Assembly: GCF_963921235.1 (NCBI RefSeq)
Contig: NC_086097.1
Span: forward strand, 236,718,001-236,782,000
DNA length: 64,000 nt
Direction of reading: 5' to 3'
Source of the DNA: Mobula hypostoma
Lineage: Eukaryota
Shown here: in pieces, positions 36,828 through 50,910 of the stretch
How positions within the stretch are numbered: the stretch's first letter is position 1
Layout: every line of letters begins with the position of its first letter
Program-made: the position numbers and the translations under genes
The notes under the pieces: model-generated
Databases searched by the model: none
Seen by the model: only the letters and a program-made list of their open reading frames with translations
What the model was told of the DNA's origin: nothing

Positions 36828-38055
36828 AAGAGAGGCTGGATAGTTTAGATTTGCATAATTTGGAGTTTAGTAATATATCCTCTTTCAGACAATTAAAGTC
36901 CAAAGAAGATTTAGAAGGATAAATATTGAGAAATTCTTGCTAGTGTGAAGAGTCAGGAACAAACGGACATTGCTGTAAAATAAGGGGTTGATCATTTAAA
37001 GCTAAGCTGTATAGAAATGTCTTCTCTCAGAATAGCAATCTCTGGAATTCCTTATGCCTGGAGGATGGTGGAGGCCAGATCATATAAAATGGGTAACCTC
37101 TACCCACTCTATTAGGTAACTTCTGCATCTAATAAAGTGGCAACTGTGCATTTGTTCATGGTCTTTTGCTGCTGTATCTCATCTCACTGGATTTTTTTTA
37201 TGTTTCTCGCACCATTCTCTGTAAACTCCAGAGACTGTTGTGTGTGAAAATCCCAGATTAGCAGTTTCTGAGACATTCAAACCACACCACTTGGCACCAG
37301 CTGTAATGTTAAGGCATATTATGGAGTTATGGTGTATAGCAAATATTAATTTCAACAGCAACCAGTTTTCAGACCTGAACGTGGACTATAGATTGAACTT
37401 AAAATGGAGCCCAGAACAATAGTCTTCCTGGAGCTGCAGACCGGGGTTGATTGCAAACCAGGAAACATCCATTCACCTGAGGTGTCTATATATGCATGAA
37501 TATGACTTAGAAACCACCCATTAACACTCATTTTTGGGTGTGTTGGTGGGAAGATCCAGGTATTTGAAAAATTACATGTAACTCAAAAGTGGCATTGTAA
37601 CTATAGAAATTATCCTGTTACCTTTGTTCTTTAACATATAAAATATGATGTAATATTGGGTCAGAAGGCCCCTTCTTCCAAAAGTGTCTCGAGTATGATG
37701 CAGGCTTGTTTTGCTGAATGAAGATTTCCATATCTCACCATTTCAGTATCTCCCGGTGACCTTGTTCACAGTCAGAACAAATCATTCCACGATCAAAGTC
37801 AATTAGATCACATCTCTTTCCCATTCTGATGTCTGATCAGAACAACAAGGTCTGCAGTTTTTATGCCTTGAATTGTTACTGCACGATTGGCTAATTTGTT
37901 ATTTGCATGAACATGCAGGTATAATAAAGTGGTCACTGAGTTTATGTGGGTATACTTAAGGAGGGGATGGACAAATACTTGAATGATCAAAGAATGGAGA
38001 ATTATGGGGAATGGATATCGAGTAGCTGAGTTCAGCATAGATCAACCATGACTAT

Positions 38056-38429
38056 TGTCACGATATGCGCTGGCAATATTCAAACCCAAATGCAGAGGAC
38101 AAACAGACTTTGATGTAGAGATGACGATGAGAGTTTATTTACAATAATGTCAAAAGAACATCGGCGGCTGAGCTGAGCATACTGCGAGAGGTAACATTCT
38201 CAAAACTAGGACACTGCAATTAGCGCCAATCAAGCATCTGCATAAATAATACAAGAAACATGGAATCCATCAGCGTATCAAACTAAACATAACAAAATAA
38301 GAAAGACAGAAGGAACTCTAAATGATTAAACGACTGCCGTTAAACAACAATTAATCAATTCAGCTACTAGAAAAACCTCAGAGCCCAGTGATCTCTGGCA
38401 CCCCACGCAAGCCTGAAAAAGTGATTACA
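38056..38429. mobile_element. Probable solo LTR (374 bp) inserted in a CR1 3' UTR
   Basis: TGTCA...TTACA termini; flanks ACTAT and ACTAC; the CR1 tail sequence resumes on both sides. Confidence 0.6.
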
Positions 38430-38936
38430 ACTACACTGAATGGTGGGACAGGCTTGTGGGCCCTTATGGCCCACTCCTGCTCATATTTTCATTTGTAAAA
38501 ATATTTATTTTCTGACTCTCCCTTGTAATGAGTTTGTCACTACAATAACACTAAGAAATTGGTGCATAAGAATGAGAAGGGAATCTCCTGGACATATTGC
38601 AGAATTTATCAGAAATATCAGTGAAGTATACTCTTTCTGGATAGATGGAAGCCAAAGAGCTGACAAAGTAGAAAAGATGGGCCTTTAACTGAAATGCCAG
38701 TCGCCCTACTTCTGGCAACAGATGCCATTTCAATAAAAGATTATACACTGCCATTCAAAGGATCATTATAGTCTGACTGGCAAATAAATTGTCTGCTTGT
38801 GTTAATCAAAAAGGTTTTTCGCCATTCTGAAGGGTAATATTTCACTTAACAATGTCTGTTACCAGCAGCCAAATGAACAAACATAAACAAGTCATTGCTG
38901 GCCATTACAATGAAGCCACACTCAGCTTTCAATGGT

Positions 38937-40402
38937 TAGAAACATAGAAACATAGAAAATAGGTGCAGGAGTAGGCCATTCGGCCCTTCGAGCCTGCACC
39001 GCCATTTATTATGATCATGGCTGATCATCCAACTCAGAACCCAGCCTTCCCTCCATACCCCCTGACCCCTGTAGCCACAAGGGCCATATCTAACTTCCTT
39101 TTAAACATAGCTAATGAACTGGCCTCAACAGTTTGCTGTGGCAGAGAATTCCACAGATTCACCACTCTCTGTGTGAAGAAGTTTTTCCTAACGTCGGTCC
39201 TAAAAGGCTTCCCCTCTATCCTCAAACTGTGACCCCTCGTTCTAGACCTCCCCAACATCGGGAACAATCTTCCCGCATCTAGCCTGTCCAATCCCTTTAG
39301 GATCTTATACGTTTCAATCAGATCCCCCCTCAATCTTCTAAATTCCAACGAGTACAAGCCCAGTTCATCCAGTCTTTCTTCATATGAAAGACCTGCCATC
39401 CCAGGAATCAATCTGGTGAACCTTCTTTGTACTCCCTCTATGGCAAGGATGTCTTTCCTCAGATTAGGGGACCAAAACTGCACACAATACTCCAGGTGTG
39501 GTCTCACCAAGGCCTTGTACAACTGCAGTAGTACCTCCCTGCTCCTGTACTCGAATCCTCTCGCTATAAATGCCAGCATACCGTTCGCCTTTTTCACCGC
39601 CTGCTGTACCTGCATGCCCACTTTCAATGACTGGTGTATAATGACACCCAGGTCTCGTTGCACCTCCCCTTTTCCTAATCGGCCACCATTCAGATAATAA
39701 TCTGTTTTCCTATTTTTGCCACCAAAGTGGATAACTTCACATTTATCCACATTAAATTGCATCTGCCATGAGTTTGCCCACTCACCCAACCTATCCAAGT
39801 CACCCTGCATCCTCTTAGCATCCTCCTCACTGCTAACACTGCCACCCAGCTTCGTGTCATCCGCAAACTTGGAGATGCTGCATTTAATTCCCTCATCCAA
39901 GTCATTAATATATATTGTAAACAACTGGGGTCCCAGCACTGAGCCTTGCGGTACCCCACTAGTCACCGCCTGCCATTCTGAAAAGGTCCCGTTTATTCCC
40001 ACTCTTTGCTTCCTGTCTGCTAACCAATTCTCCACCCACACCAATACCTTACCCCCAATACCCTGTGCTTTAAGTTTGCACACTAATCTCCTGTGTGGGA
40101 CCTTGTCAAAAGCCTTTTGAAAATCCAAATATACCACATCCACTGGTTCTCCCCTATCCACTCTACTAGTTACATCCTCAAAAAATTCTATGAGATTCGT
40201 CAGACATGATTTTCCTTTCACAAATCCATGCTGACTTTGTCCGATCATTTCACCGCTTTCCAAATGTGCTGTTATCACATCCTTGATAACTGACTCCAGC
40301 AGTTTCCCCACCACCGACGTTAGGCTAACCGGCCTATAATTCCCCGGTTTCTCTCTCCCTCCTTTTTTAAAAAGTGGGGTTACATTAGCCACCCTCCAAT
40401 CC
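38937..40402 (-). mobile_element. 5'-truncated young CR1 LINE with an uninterrupted RT frame
   Basis: ORF 39034-40422 contains NYRPVSLTS, QHGF, YLDFQKAFDKVPH, GVPQGSVLGP and FADD; (ATGTTTCT)n tail. Confidence 0.95.
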
Positions 40403-40784
40403 TTCTGGTGGACTGTGATCAACTGACTATAATGAAATGCAGAATTTGAAATATATACAGGAAAAGTTGAAATAAAACTCAGCTAGTCAGGCAGAGAGTA
40501 ACAACATTAACATAACAAGTCAATGATTTTGCATCAGAATGGGGGAAAGTTTGAGATCAGAATAATTGTAACTTGTAGACTAATAGGAAAGAGTGGGAAA
40601 GAACAAAACATTAGTCAACGAAGACAAGCAGAGACTGGCTAACAAAAATGAAATGGATGACAGAATTGATAAAGGCTTGTGAATTTTTTTGTAAGATGTC
40701 ACTTACAATTCACAAGCCTTACTCTGCTGTTCCTTTTATCTCAGTTTTCTATTATTTCCTTAACTATCCAAAGGGTTTCTACAT

Positions 40785-42605
40785 AAATCCAAAGGGTTTT
40801 TACAGTTAAGTTAATAGCAAAAGGATAGTGAGGGATAAAATTTGTCCCTTAGAGAATCAGAGTGGACTGCTATGTGTGGAGCCAAAAGAGATGGGGGAGA
40901 TTTTGAACAATTTCTTTTCTTCAGTAGAGGATATTGAATTGCATAACATAAAGGAAACAAGAAGGGTGGTTATGGAAAGTATGATGATTAAAGAAGAGGA
41001 AGTACTGGTGTTTTTAAGGAATATAAAAATGGATAAGTCTCCAGGTCCAGACAAGATATTCCCTAGGACTTTGAGGGAAATAGCAGGGGCACTGACAGAA
41101 ATGTTTCAAGATTCATTAGAAACGGGGATAGTGCCAGAGGATTGGCGTATTGCTCTTGTGGTTCCATTGTTTAAAAAGGATTCTAAGAGTAAACCTAGCA
41201 ATTATCAGCCTGTGAGTTTGACGTCAGTGGTGGGTAAATTGATGGAAAGTATTCTTAGAGATGGTGTATATAATTATTTGGATAGACAGGGTCTGATTAA
41301 GAACAGTCAACATGGATTTGTGCGTGGAAGGTCATGTTTGACAAAACTTATTGAATTTTTTGATGAGGTTACTAAGAAAGTTGATGACAGTACAGCAGTG
41401 GATGTTGTCTATATGGACTTCAGTAAGGCCTTTGACAAGGTTCCACACTGAAGGTTAGTTGGGAAGGTTCAATCATTAGGCATTAATATTGAAGTAGTAA
41501 AATGGATTCAGCAGTGGCTAGATGGGAGATGCCAGAGAGTAGTGGTGGATAACTGTATGTCAGATTGGAGGAGGGTGTGTAGCGGTGTGCCTCAGGGATC
41601 TGTACTGGGTCCAATGTTGTTTGTCATATATATTAATCATCTGGATGATGGGGTGATAAATTGGAATACTAAATATGCAGATGATACTAAGATAGGTGGC
41701 GTTGTGGATAATGAAGTAGGTTTTCAAAGTTTGCAGAGAGATTTAGGCCAGTTAGAAGAGTGGGCTGAAAGATGGCAGATGGAATTTAATGCCGAAAAAT
41801 ATGAGGTGCTACATTTTGGTAGGACTAATCAAAATAGGACATACATGGTAAATGGTAGGGCATTGAAGAATGCTGTAGAACAGAGGGATCTAGGAATAAT
41901 GTTACATAGTTCCCTGAAGGTGGAATCTCATGTGGATAGGGTGGTGAAGAAAGCTTTTGGTATGCTGGCCTTTATAAATCAGAGCATTGAGTATAGGAGT
42001 TGGGATATAATGTTGAAATTGTATAAGGCATTGGTAAGGCCAAATTTGGAGTATTGTGTACAGTTCTAGTCACCAAATTATAAGAAAGATGTCAATAAAG
42101 TTGAGAGAGTTCAGAGGAGGTTTACTAAAACGTTGCCTGGGTTTCATCTCTTAAGTTACAGAGAAAGGTTGAACAAGTTAGGTCTTTATTCTTTGGAGCG
42201 TAGAAGGTTGAGGAGGGACTTGATAGAGGTGTTTAAAATTATGAGGGAGATTGATAGAGTTGACATGGATAGGCTTTTTCCATTGAGAATGGGGGAGATT
42301 CAAACAAGAGGACATGAGTTGAGAGTTAAAGGGCAAAAGTTTAGGGGTAACATGAGGGGGAACTTCTTTATTCAGAAAGTGGTAGCTGTGTGGAACGAGC
42401 TTCCAGCAGAAGTGGTTCAGGCAGATTCGATATTGTCATTTAAAGTTAAATTGGATAGATATATGGACAGGAATGGAATGGAGGGTTATGGGCTGAGTGC
42501 AGGTCGGTGGGACTAGGTGAGAGTAAGAGTTCGGCATGGACTAGAAGGGCCAAGATGGCCTATTTCCGTGCTGTAGTTGTTATATGGTTATATGTTATAT
42601 GGTTA
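40785..42605 (+). mobile_element. 5'-truncated CR1 LINE of a second subfamily, with in-frame stops
   Basis: ORFs 40828-41451, 41542-42069 and 42133-42516 lie in one frame (YADD); tail TTATATGGTTATATGTTATATGGT. Confidence 0.93.
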
Positions 42606-43539
42606 GTATTTTCTCACTTTTCATTTTTCATTTTTTTCTCAGTAGTTGGAGAGAGATGAAATGCAAAATCACCAACAGAACAGAGGAAATAAAAGAAAGT
42701 GGGATACAAGGTTAGGATGGCTGATTCACTGAAATTGTTCAATTCAACAATGAGTTTGAAAAGAGGTGACATAACTACATCAGAAGATCAGGTGCTGCTC
42801 CTCAAATGTTATTGTGAACTTTGTTGGCAGTAGTGGAACTTACTGCCTGTTACGCCTTTGGCATTCGGAGCAGGAATGAAGGTCCTCCATCTCGGGCGGT
42901 GTTTTGGGCTTCTTTCATTGCGTCAGTAGCTTCCTGTCAGTATTCAGTACTGTCAGTCACATAAGTCCTGGGTGGAGACTGAGGAATACCATTGCACTCA
43001 GATATAGAAGGATTCATCATTGCTGTTTCTGTAACAATTTTGTTTTAATAGTCAGGGTTGTTGGCTTGAGCTGAATCTCCGAACCTCTCCCATCAAAAGC
43101 CTGAAAATATGTATCACCAGGCTCAAGGACAGCTTCTGTCCCACCACTATAAGGCTAATTAAAAGTTCGTTGCTACAATAAATTGGATTCTTGACCTCAC
43201 AATCTATCTAGGTAAAATCTCGTTATGATCTTGCACCTTACTGTTTACGTGCATTACAGCTCTTACACTTTATTCTGCATTGCTATTGTCTTAGCTTGTT
43301 CTACCTCAATGCACTGTGTAATGATCTGATCTGTATGAGCAGAATGCAAGACAAGCTTTTCATTGTATCTGATAATGATAAACCAATTCCAATTCCAAAT
43401 CCAATTTGCTTTCCCAAATATAGAGGAGACCACACTGGGAGCAACAAATGCAATACACAAAGAAGAAGGATTAAATTGTTTCTTTCATTGGCGGAAATTT
43501 CATTCAGAAAGTCAGGAGGCATAGAATCCAGAAAAACTT

Positions 43540-45072
43540 AGCAGCGTGGATAAAGAATTGGTTTGTCAAAGAAGGCACAGAATAGTAGTAGGTGGAGAGT
43601 ATTCTGCCAAGAAATCAGTGACCAGTGATGTTCCACAGGGATCTGTTCTGGAACACCTTCCCTTGTGATTTTTATAAATTACTTGGATGAGCAAGTGGAA
43701 AGGTGGGTTAGTATGTTTGCAGATGACACGAAGGTCGGTGGAGTTGTGGGTAGTGTGGAGGGTGTTGTAGGATGATAATGATCATTGACAGGATGCAGAA
43801 CTGGGCTGAGAAGTGGCAGATGGAGTTCAACCCTGAAAAGTGTGAAGTGATTAATATTGGAATGTCAAATATGAAGGCAGAATATATAGTTAATGGCAGT
43901 GTGAAGCAACAGAAAGATCTTGGGGTCCATAGGTTTCCTCAAAGTTCCCACGCGGGTTCAAAGGTTCAAAGGTTTAAAGGTCCGATTTGATGTCAGAGGA
44001 ATATGTATAATATACGTTAGTACATCCTGAAATGCTTTTTCTTTGTAAAACATCCACGAAAACAGAGGAGTGCCACAAAGAATGAACAACAGATAAATGT
44101 AAGAACTGCAAAGTCCTCCCCCAGCTCCCCTCCCTCCCGTGCATAAGCGGCAGTGAGCAGCAATCCCCCCCCCCGCCACCACCGGCAAAAAAAAGCAAGC
44201 TTCATCACCACCAACGAGCACTCAGTGTAAGCAAAGCAGTAGCAAGGACACAGACTTGCAGTTACCCCAAAGACTTCACGTTACACCCAGTATTTGACAT
44301 ACTGCAGATTCTCTCTCTCCCTAATAAGGGAGAAAAAGGTGTCTCCGTTTTTCACCAACCAGCGGGGAAACATAACAAACAGCTCGCTGGTTTATGATGC
44401 TAAAACTCCGTTACGTCGCTCTTTCCGAGCTCTGTGCCCAAAGGTTGATAGGGTTGTTAACAAGATGTGTATTACTTGAGGGATTGAGTTCAAGAGCCAC
44501 AAGATAATATTACAGCTCTATAATACCCTGCTGAGACCACACTTGGAATATTGTGTTCATTTCTGGGTGCCTTATTATAGGAAGGATGTGGAAGCTTTAG
44601 AGAGGATGCAGTGAAGATTTGCCAGGTTTGTGACTGGATTAGAAGGAATGTCTTATGAAGATAGGCTCAGCAAGCTAGGGCTTTTCTCTTTGGAGTGAAG
44701 GAGGATGAGAGGTGACTTATTGGAGGTGTAGAAAATAATAAAAGACATATACAGAGTGGACAGCCAGAGACTTTTTCCCAGAACAGAAATGGCCAATACA
44801 AGGGTGTATAATTTTAAGGTGATTCAAGAAAAATATATGTGGATTGTTTTTGTACAGCGTTTTTTTAATAGGTAGGAACACCCTACAGTGGTGGTGGTAG
44901 CGACAGAAGTATTAGGGGCATTTAAGAAATTCTTAGACAGGCAAATAATAGATAATAGGAAAATGGAGGGTTATGTGGGAATGAAGAGCTAGATTGATCT
45001 TAGAGTAGGTTAAAAGATCTGCACAACTTTATGGACTGAAGGACCTGTACTGTGCTGTAATGTTCTATGTTC
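43540..45072 (+). mobile_element. Degraded CR1, interrupted at about 43955-44440 by a minus-strand non-autonomous retroposon (related copy at about 47323-47965)
   Basis: CR1 motifs FADDTK, WAEKWQMEFN and RPHLEYCVHF lie on either side. The insert has a (GGTTCAAA)n-type tail and shares blocks such as AACATCCA.GAAAACAGAGGAGTGC with the 47.3-kb copy. Confidence 0.75.
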
Positions 45073-45959
45073 TAAGTGTTTGAGGAGTTGGATTGAAGAA
45101 GGAGGAGGTGAGAAGGAGAGTGATACATCTCCTACCATTACAAGCAATCGTGCCACATGGGAAGGAGTGGGTGGAGAAGAAAAAAATAGATGTAAGCGCT
45201 ACGAGATGGAGAATGTTGCCCAGGTTTTCTGCATTTTGGATGTGCACTTGGACTGTGGACTTTCTTTCAGTCTTATGGATTTTTGTATGCTGCGTTTTTC
45301 GCCCGATCTTCCTCAATTGTTTTTTTGCGCAGAAGAGGGGGTTATGGGGGTTAATGATCATGCTGCTCTTCTTTTCTTTCTTGTTTTCGTAGCCATCTGA
45401 AGATGAAGAATTTCAGGGTTGTATAGTTTGATAATTAATGAACATTTGAACCTTTGAAGTGTAACGAAGGAAGCAGTCCCTTCAGAATGCAGAAAGGGGA
45501 GGGAAGGAAAAGATGCATCTGGTGGTAGCATCTGATTAAAGGTGTATGGAATGACAGAAAATGAGTATTGAGGATAGACGCTGGTTGGTGAAAGGTGAGA
45601 ACAAGTGGACCTGTATCCAAAGGGTCTTAGCCTGAAATGTTGACTGTACTTTTTCCATAGATGCTGACAGGTCTGATGAGTTCCTCCAGCAGTCTATGAA
45701 TGTTGCTTGGACCAGTATCCTTCCTCTGACAGGGAGAAGAGGAGCAGAGGGAAGGAATTTTTACTGGTTCAGTTAAGGATCATATACACTTCAGTGTATT
45801 AATCCATTTAGCGATATCCTTATAAGATTTCCCTTTGTCAATACATTTTGAACTTGCTATTGAAAGTTACTACTTCATCCATTTGAGAACCTCCGTCATC
45901 AGGGTTGACCATCGATATTGTGTCCCAGTGGTCTACGTGATATACAAGCCAGGGAAGTA

Positions 45960-46590
45960 CACACAGATATCCTGCAGTTGCTGGAAATCTAGAATGCTGA
46001 AAGAACTCAGCAAGTCAGTCATCACCTGTGGAGGGAAATAAACAGCCAGCATTTCGGGTCAAGACCCTTCACCAGGACTGGAAAGAATGGGGGATAAACA
46101 CAGAATAAAAAGATGGGGGGAAGTAGTACAAGCTGGGAGGTTATAGGTGAGACCAGGTGAGGGGAAGGCGAGTGGGTGGAAGAAGGGAGATGATAGGAGG
46201 AAGATGTAAAGGGTTGAAGAATCTCATAGATGAGGAGAGTGGTCTATGGGAGAAAGGAAAGGAGGAGAGGAAACAGAGGGAGGTGATGAGCAGGTGAGGA
46301 GAAGGGAAGGACAAGCGAGAAGACAGAATAGGGAAGGTAAGGTAAGATGAGAGAAAGAGAAGGGTGTTTAAATTACGGGTTGTTATAGAAATCAATGTTC
46401 ATGCCACAAGTTGGACACTACCCAATGAGGCGTTGCTCCACCAACAGAGTGGCCCCATTGCAGTAGTAGAGGAGCCTCTGGATTGACATGTCAGAATGAG
46501 AATAGGTGTAGAATTAAAATGGGTGGCCACCAGGAAATCACGTTTTTTGTGGCGGATGGAGTGAAGGTGCTCGATAAAACATTCCATCCA
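45960..46590 (-). mobile_element. Old Penelope 3' fragment
   Basis: Minus-strand peptide FIEHLHSIRHKKRDFLVATHFNST, a purine-rich tract and a degenerate 3' repeat. Confidence 0.7.
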
Positions 46591-46609
46591 TTTCCTGATC
46601 CCTTTACAT

Positions 46610-47185
46610 ACCACACTCAAATCAAAACCGCTGCTCATCTATGTGGACAAATTTCTATAGATCCACAGTGACAAGTATCTCAACTAGTTGCATCATGGCC
46701 TGGTGTGGAACCACACATGCCCAGGAACAGATACGGATGCAGAAAATGGTGGATACAGCCCAGTCAAACACAGCAAAAGCACTTACCATCACTGAGTACA
46801 CTTACAAGGAGCAGTGCCACAGAAAGCAGCATCCATCATTAAAGAAACCCACCATCCAGGCCTGCTCTCTTCTCACTTCTACCATAAATCAGGACGTGTA
46901 AGAGCCTTAGAACCCCCCAACCCCTACCACTGGGTTCAGGAACAGCTATTTCCTACAACCATCGGGCATCTGAACCAGCATTGATAAAGTCAATCACTAC
47001 ACCCTGGACTGATTCTACAATCTACAGACTCTGCTTCAATGACTCTTTACAACTCAATCATAGCATTTTTCTTTATTTGCTTAGTTAGTCTCTTTTGAAT
47101 ATTGATTGTTTGGCACTTTTTCAATGTCTATGTATTCTTTTTTTATAAATTCTACTGTTTTTTTCTGAAAATAAATTTTAAGGTG
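46610..47185 (+). mobile_element. Degraded Rex1/Babar-type 3' fragment
   Basis: Peptide TNFYRSTVTSISTSCIMAWCG..MQKMVDTAQ. Confidence 0.65.
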
Positions 47186-48367
47186 GTACAGTACTGTGCA
47201 AAAGTCTTAGGCACATATGTATAGCTAGGGTACCTAAGAGATTTGCACAGTACCGGTAGTGATTTTATGTATTGTACTGTACTGCTGCCACAAAAAACAC
47301 ACACATTTCATGACATACGTGAGTTCAATAGATTCAATAGGTTCAATAGGTGCATTTAATGTCAGAGAAATGTATACAATATACATCCTGAAATTCTTTT
47401 TCTGTGCAAACATCCATGAAAACAGAGGAGTGCTGCAAAGAATGAATGATATTTAAACGTTGGAACCAGAAAGTCACCCCCAGCTCCCTCTACCACGCAC
47501 AAGCAGCAACAAGGCAACGACACCCCCCCACCCCCACCTCCACCAGCAAAAAAGTATCAGCACCCTTCATTGAGTATGTGTAGCAAGTATCAATAAAGGT
47601 ACATACTTGTGGTACTCAAAAGACTATTCGTTCACTCGGTAATTTGACATTCCACAGGCTTTCTCTCTCTTCCTAATAAGGGAAAAGAGATGTCCCCATT
47701 TAACAGAGAGAGGGGAGATATAACAAACAACAACTGATTTACCATGTTAAAAGTTCGTTGCGTTGCTTTTTCTCGAGCTCTGCACCCAGAGAGTTAGCAG
47801 CTCTCTGGACACACAAACCACAGCAGCTAACCTGCTGCTCCCGATGTTCTGTGTTTTCCCACGATGCTTCAGTCAGGGGCACCGGCCTAGAATCAGCAGG
47901 TCTCCAGACCCATGAAACTCCAGTGCCGTGAGGGCACATTAGTCATCCAGGCCGTGTCCTGAGGATGATAAACCTGATTCTAATATGGGTCTCTATTGTG
48001 GACTGAGAGTGGGAAGGGGGCAGGGAGAGGGGAATCATGATTAGGAAAGGGGGAAGGGAGAAGGGAGGGAGCAGGAAGCACCTGAGAGACACTATCTAAT
48101 GATCAATAAACCAATCGTTTGAAATCAAGTGACCTTGCTTGGTGTCTCAGGGATGGGTGTGTCAGCAACACACCCTTGCCTCCTCCCTGACACTCTTTCT
48201 CTGCCACCAGTCCCTTACCCCTCCCACAGTGCTCCATCCTTGCCGTTCCCAACATTCTTTGCTGTGACCAAATTTCCAAACTCACTCTCCTATCCATGTT
48301 GACAAATACAGTACTGTACAAAATTTTTAACCTAGCTATATATATGTGCGTAAAACGTTTGCACAGT

Positions 48368-48650
48368 CTAGTTAAAGTCTGTCCCGAGCCTTGTGGCCCA
48401 TCAGGCCGGTGCTTATGCTGGTTTCTGTGGCGTGAAGTGACTGAGAGTACGAGACTCCCCCCCCCCCCCCGGATAGGACGCCAGTCTATCGTGAGGTTAA
48501 CCCCCAGCATTTGCCGGTACCCATTTTCAGCTGAGTGGACTGGAGCAGTGTGTGGTTAAGTGCCTTGCTCAAAGACACAACACGCTGCCTTGGCCGAGAC
48601 CTTCAGATCGTGAGCCCAACACCCTAACCACTTGGCCACGCGCCACACAT
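48368..48650 (-). mobile_element. tRNA-headed SINE with an 11-bp TSD, inserted in a small Tc1-like MITE end
   Basis: Minus-strand head GGCGCGTGGCCAAGTGGTTAGGG and body GTGTCTTTGAGCAAGGCACTTAACC; GTTTGCACAGT at 48357-48367 and 48651-48661. Confidence 0.8.
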
Positions 48651-50910
48651 GTTTGCACAGTACTGCGTATGGTAACATGTACTGTACATACTTTGATAAT
48701 AAAGTTCCTTTGAACCTTGATATACAGTATGAACTATCCTCTGAATCTTACTTCTGTCATCCTGAGTCATTGACTATCTGGTTCTGCTTCTCTTTGATTA
48801 AATAAAAGTGATCATATTTAATATTTTATGTAATGAAAGCAACTTACTTCAAGTCATCCAAAAGTTAACACCACTTATTGATACATGTTCACACAAGTGA
48901 GCTCCAATGATATTATTAAATTGGGAAGTCCAACAAACATAAATAAGTTTGTTGTTACAAACAGCAGAAATTGTTTCTCTTTTATCCACTCCTTGTAATT
49001 ACTGTTTTTTTTATCCATCTTGTGTGCTTATGACACCATTCATTACATACTTCTCTGAAGGTATATCATTATCATATCAAGTAATTTTTGAGCATTTTCT
49101 GATTTATATATAGACATTAGAAAAATCAGAACTATTTGTTACCCAGTGATAAATTGTACTGCCATTTCTTAAATAAAGTATTGTCTGAGGCAGAGATACA
49201 GCAGGAGTGAAAGCAATGGTTAGCAATTGATGTTTTCAGAGGCCATAACTGCTGCTGAAATCTTTGCTTCAGTGTTGTTTTCCAGATCAGTAAACTCAAT
49301 TGAAACTCATTCCTGTGTAGTATTGGAAACCTCCCAGGATGCATTGTTAACATTCAAAAATGTAAATGCCTTGACGTAATCACCTCACAAAACCTGTGCG
49401 GGTATACATCAGTGTCATTTGAAGACAACAGCTTAGTTCAATACTTCAAAGGTGATGAATTTCTTTCCTGTTTCTGTCATTTACAGTGCTTAAATGGGTG
49501 ACATTTGTCTGTTTTGACAGAAATGTCAGATGGTGAGAATCTCCACCATATAAATAGAAATAGCCCTTTAGAATTTTCACACTTTTTCTGGAATCACCAC
49601 CCACTGAATTAGCATACACCTAAATCAAGGCCAGTGGTTTTGCAGAGCTAAATTTCTTGGTCTTGCATTCCAATATTTCCCTGGGTAGTTTAGAGCATAG
49701 AACACAGAACAGGCCCTTTGGAGTGTTTGGACCATTTAATCTACTTAAAGATCCATCCCACATCGCCTTCCATTTCTCTATCATCCATGCTTCTTTCTAA
49801 GAGTCTTTTAAATGTCCCAAATATTTCTAATTCTACCACCAACCATGGCAGCGGTTTCCATACACCCACCACCCTCTGTGTAGAAAAAAAACTACACAGG
49901 TTTTATACAGAGGTTAAAAAATTCAGACTCTGTAATATCCCCCATACTTTCCTTCAATCAAATTATCTTCTCTTGTAGTGGCCATTTCTGGGCTAAGGAA
50001 AAATGTGCTGTCTGATCACCTTATCTCTGCCTCTTATATCTGTATCTCTATCAAGTCGACTGTAATCTTTCCTTGCTCCATAAAAATTGAGATTTCTACA
50101 GAATCAGCTACAAAAGGCTAGAGATGAGTGGCTGATAGCATGCAGCGAGCTTAAAAGCCTGTAACTTGGAACTAATTTTAATACATTTTAGTTTGCGATA
50201 TTAAGTATTTTACGTGCCTTCAGTGAGTAAAGCTGGGAAGAGGGATTGGTAAGATTAAGTCGGCAGAAGTTCTCTGCTCTGGAGAAAGAGAAAACCTGAT
50301 GAAGTACCTTTAACATAAGGTTGAATTGGTTGGAGGAGGATGATCGAATCCACAAGAAACATAAAATCTAACAGCACAGAAAGGGAATTCAGGAGAGCTC
50401 CTTTGCACAGTGATAAGAACTTGGAATTCAGTGTCAAATAGAAAGATGAAATAAAAAAAATCTTCAGACATTTTAATTGAGCTTGTGTAAAGAAAAGGAG
50501 CGTAATATAAAAGGGCAGAGTGAAAGGGGACAAAAAGAGCAAGAGAAAGTGTACAGATTAAAGCCCAATTACTTGACCAGTGGGGCCAAATTGCCCATCT
50601 CTGTGCTGTAAATAAAGGAGTGAAAAGCATTTACGAAGAGACTCTCCAGCAACTACTTCATTTGTGCATCTTTTGTGGTCTGTTTAATGTAATCTATCCT
50701 TGACACCTAAACTCCATCTTCATCTCTCTGTTTTCTCAAAGGATTTCTCCAAATTACAAGTTTATTGTTTAATAGTATGTCATCCCTCTTTACTTTTACA
50801 TGGTTTGCAGTTACTGACACATTGTAGAATGTCAGCCTTTCATAAGGGTACCTTTATCTGTTAAATTCTAACCCTCATCAATAACAAATGCTATGATTAT
50901 ACCATATATT

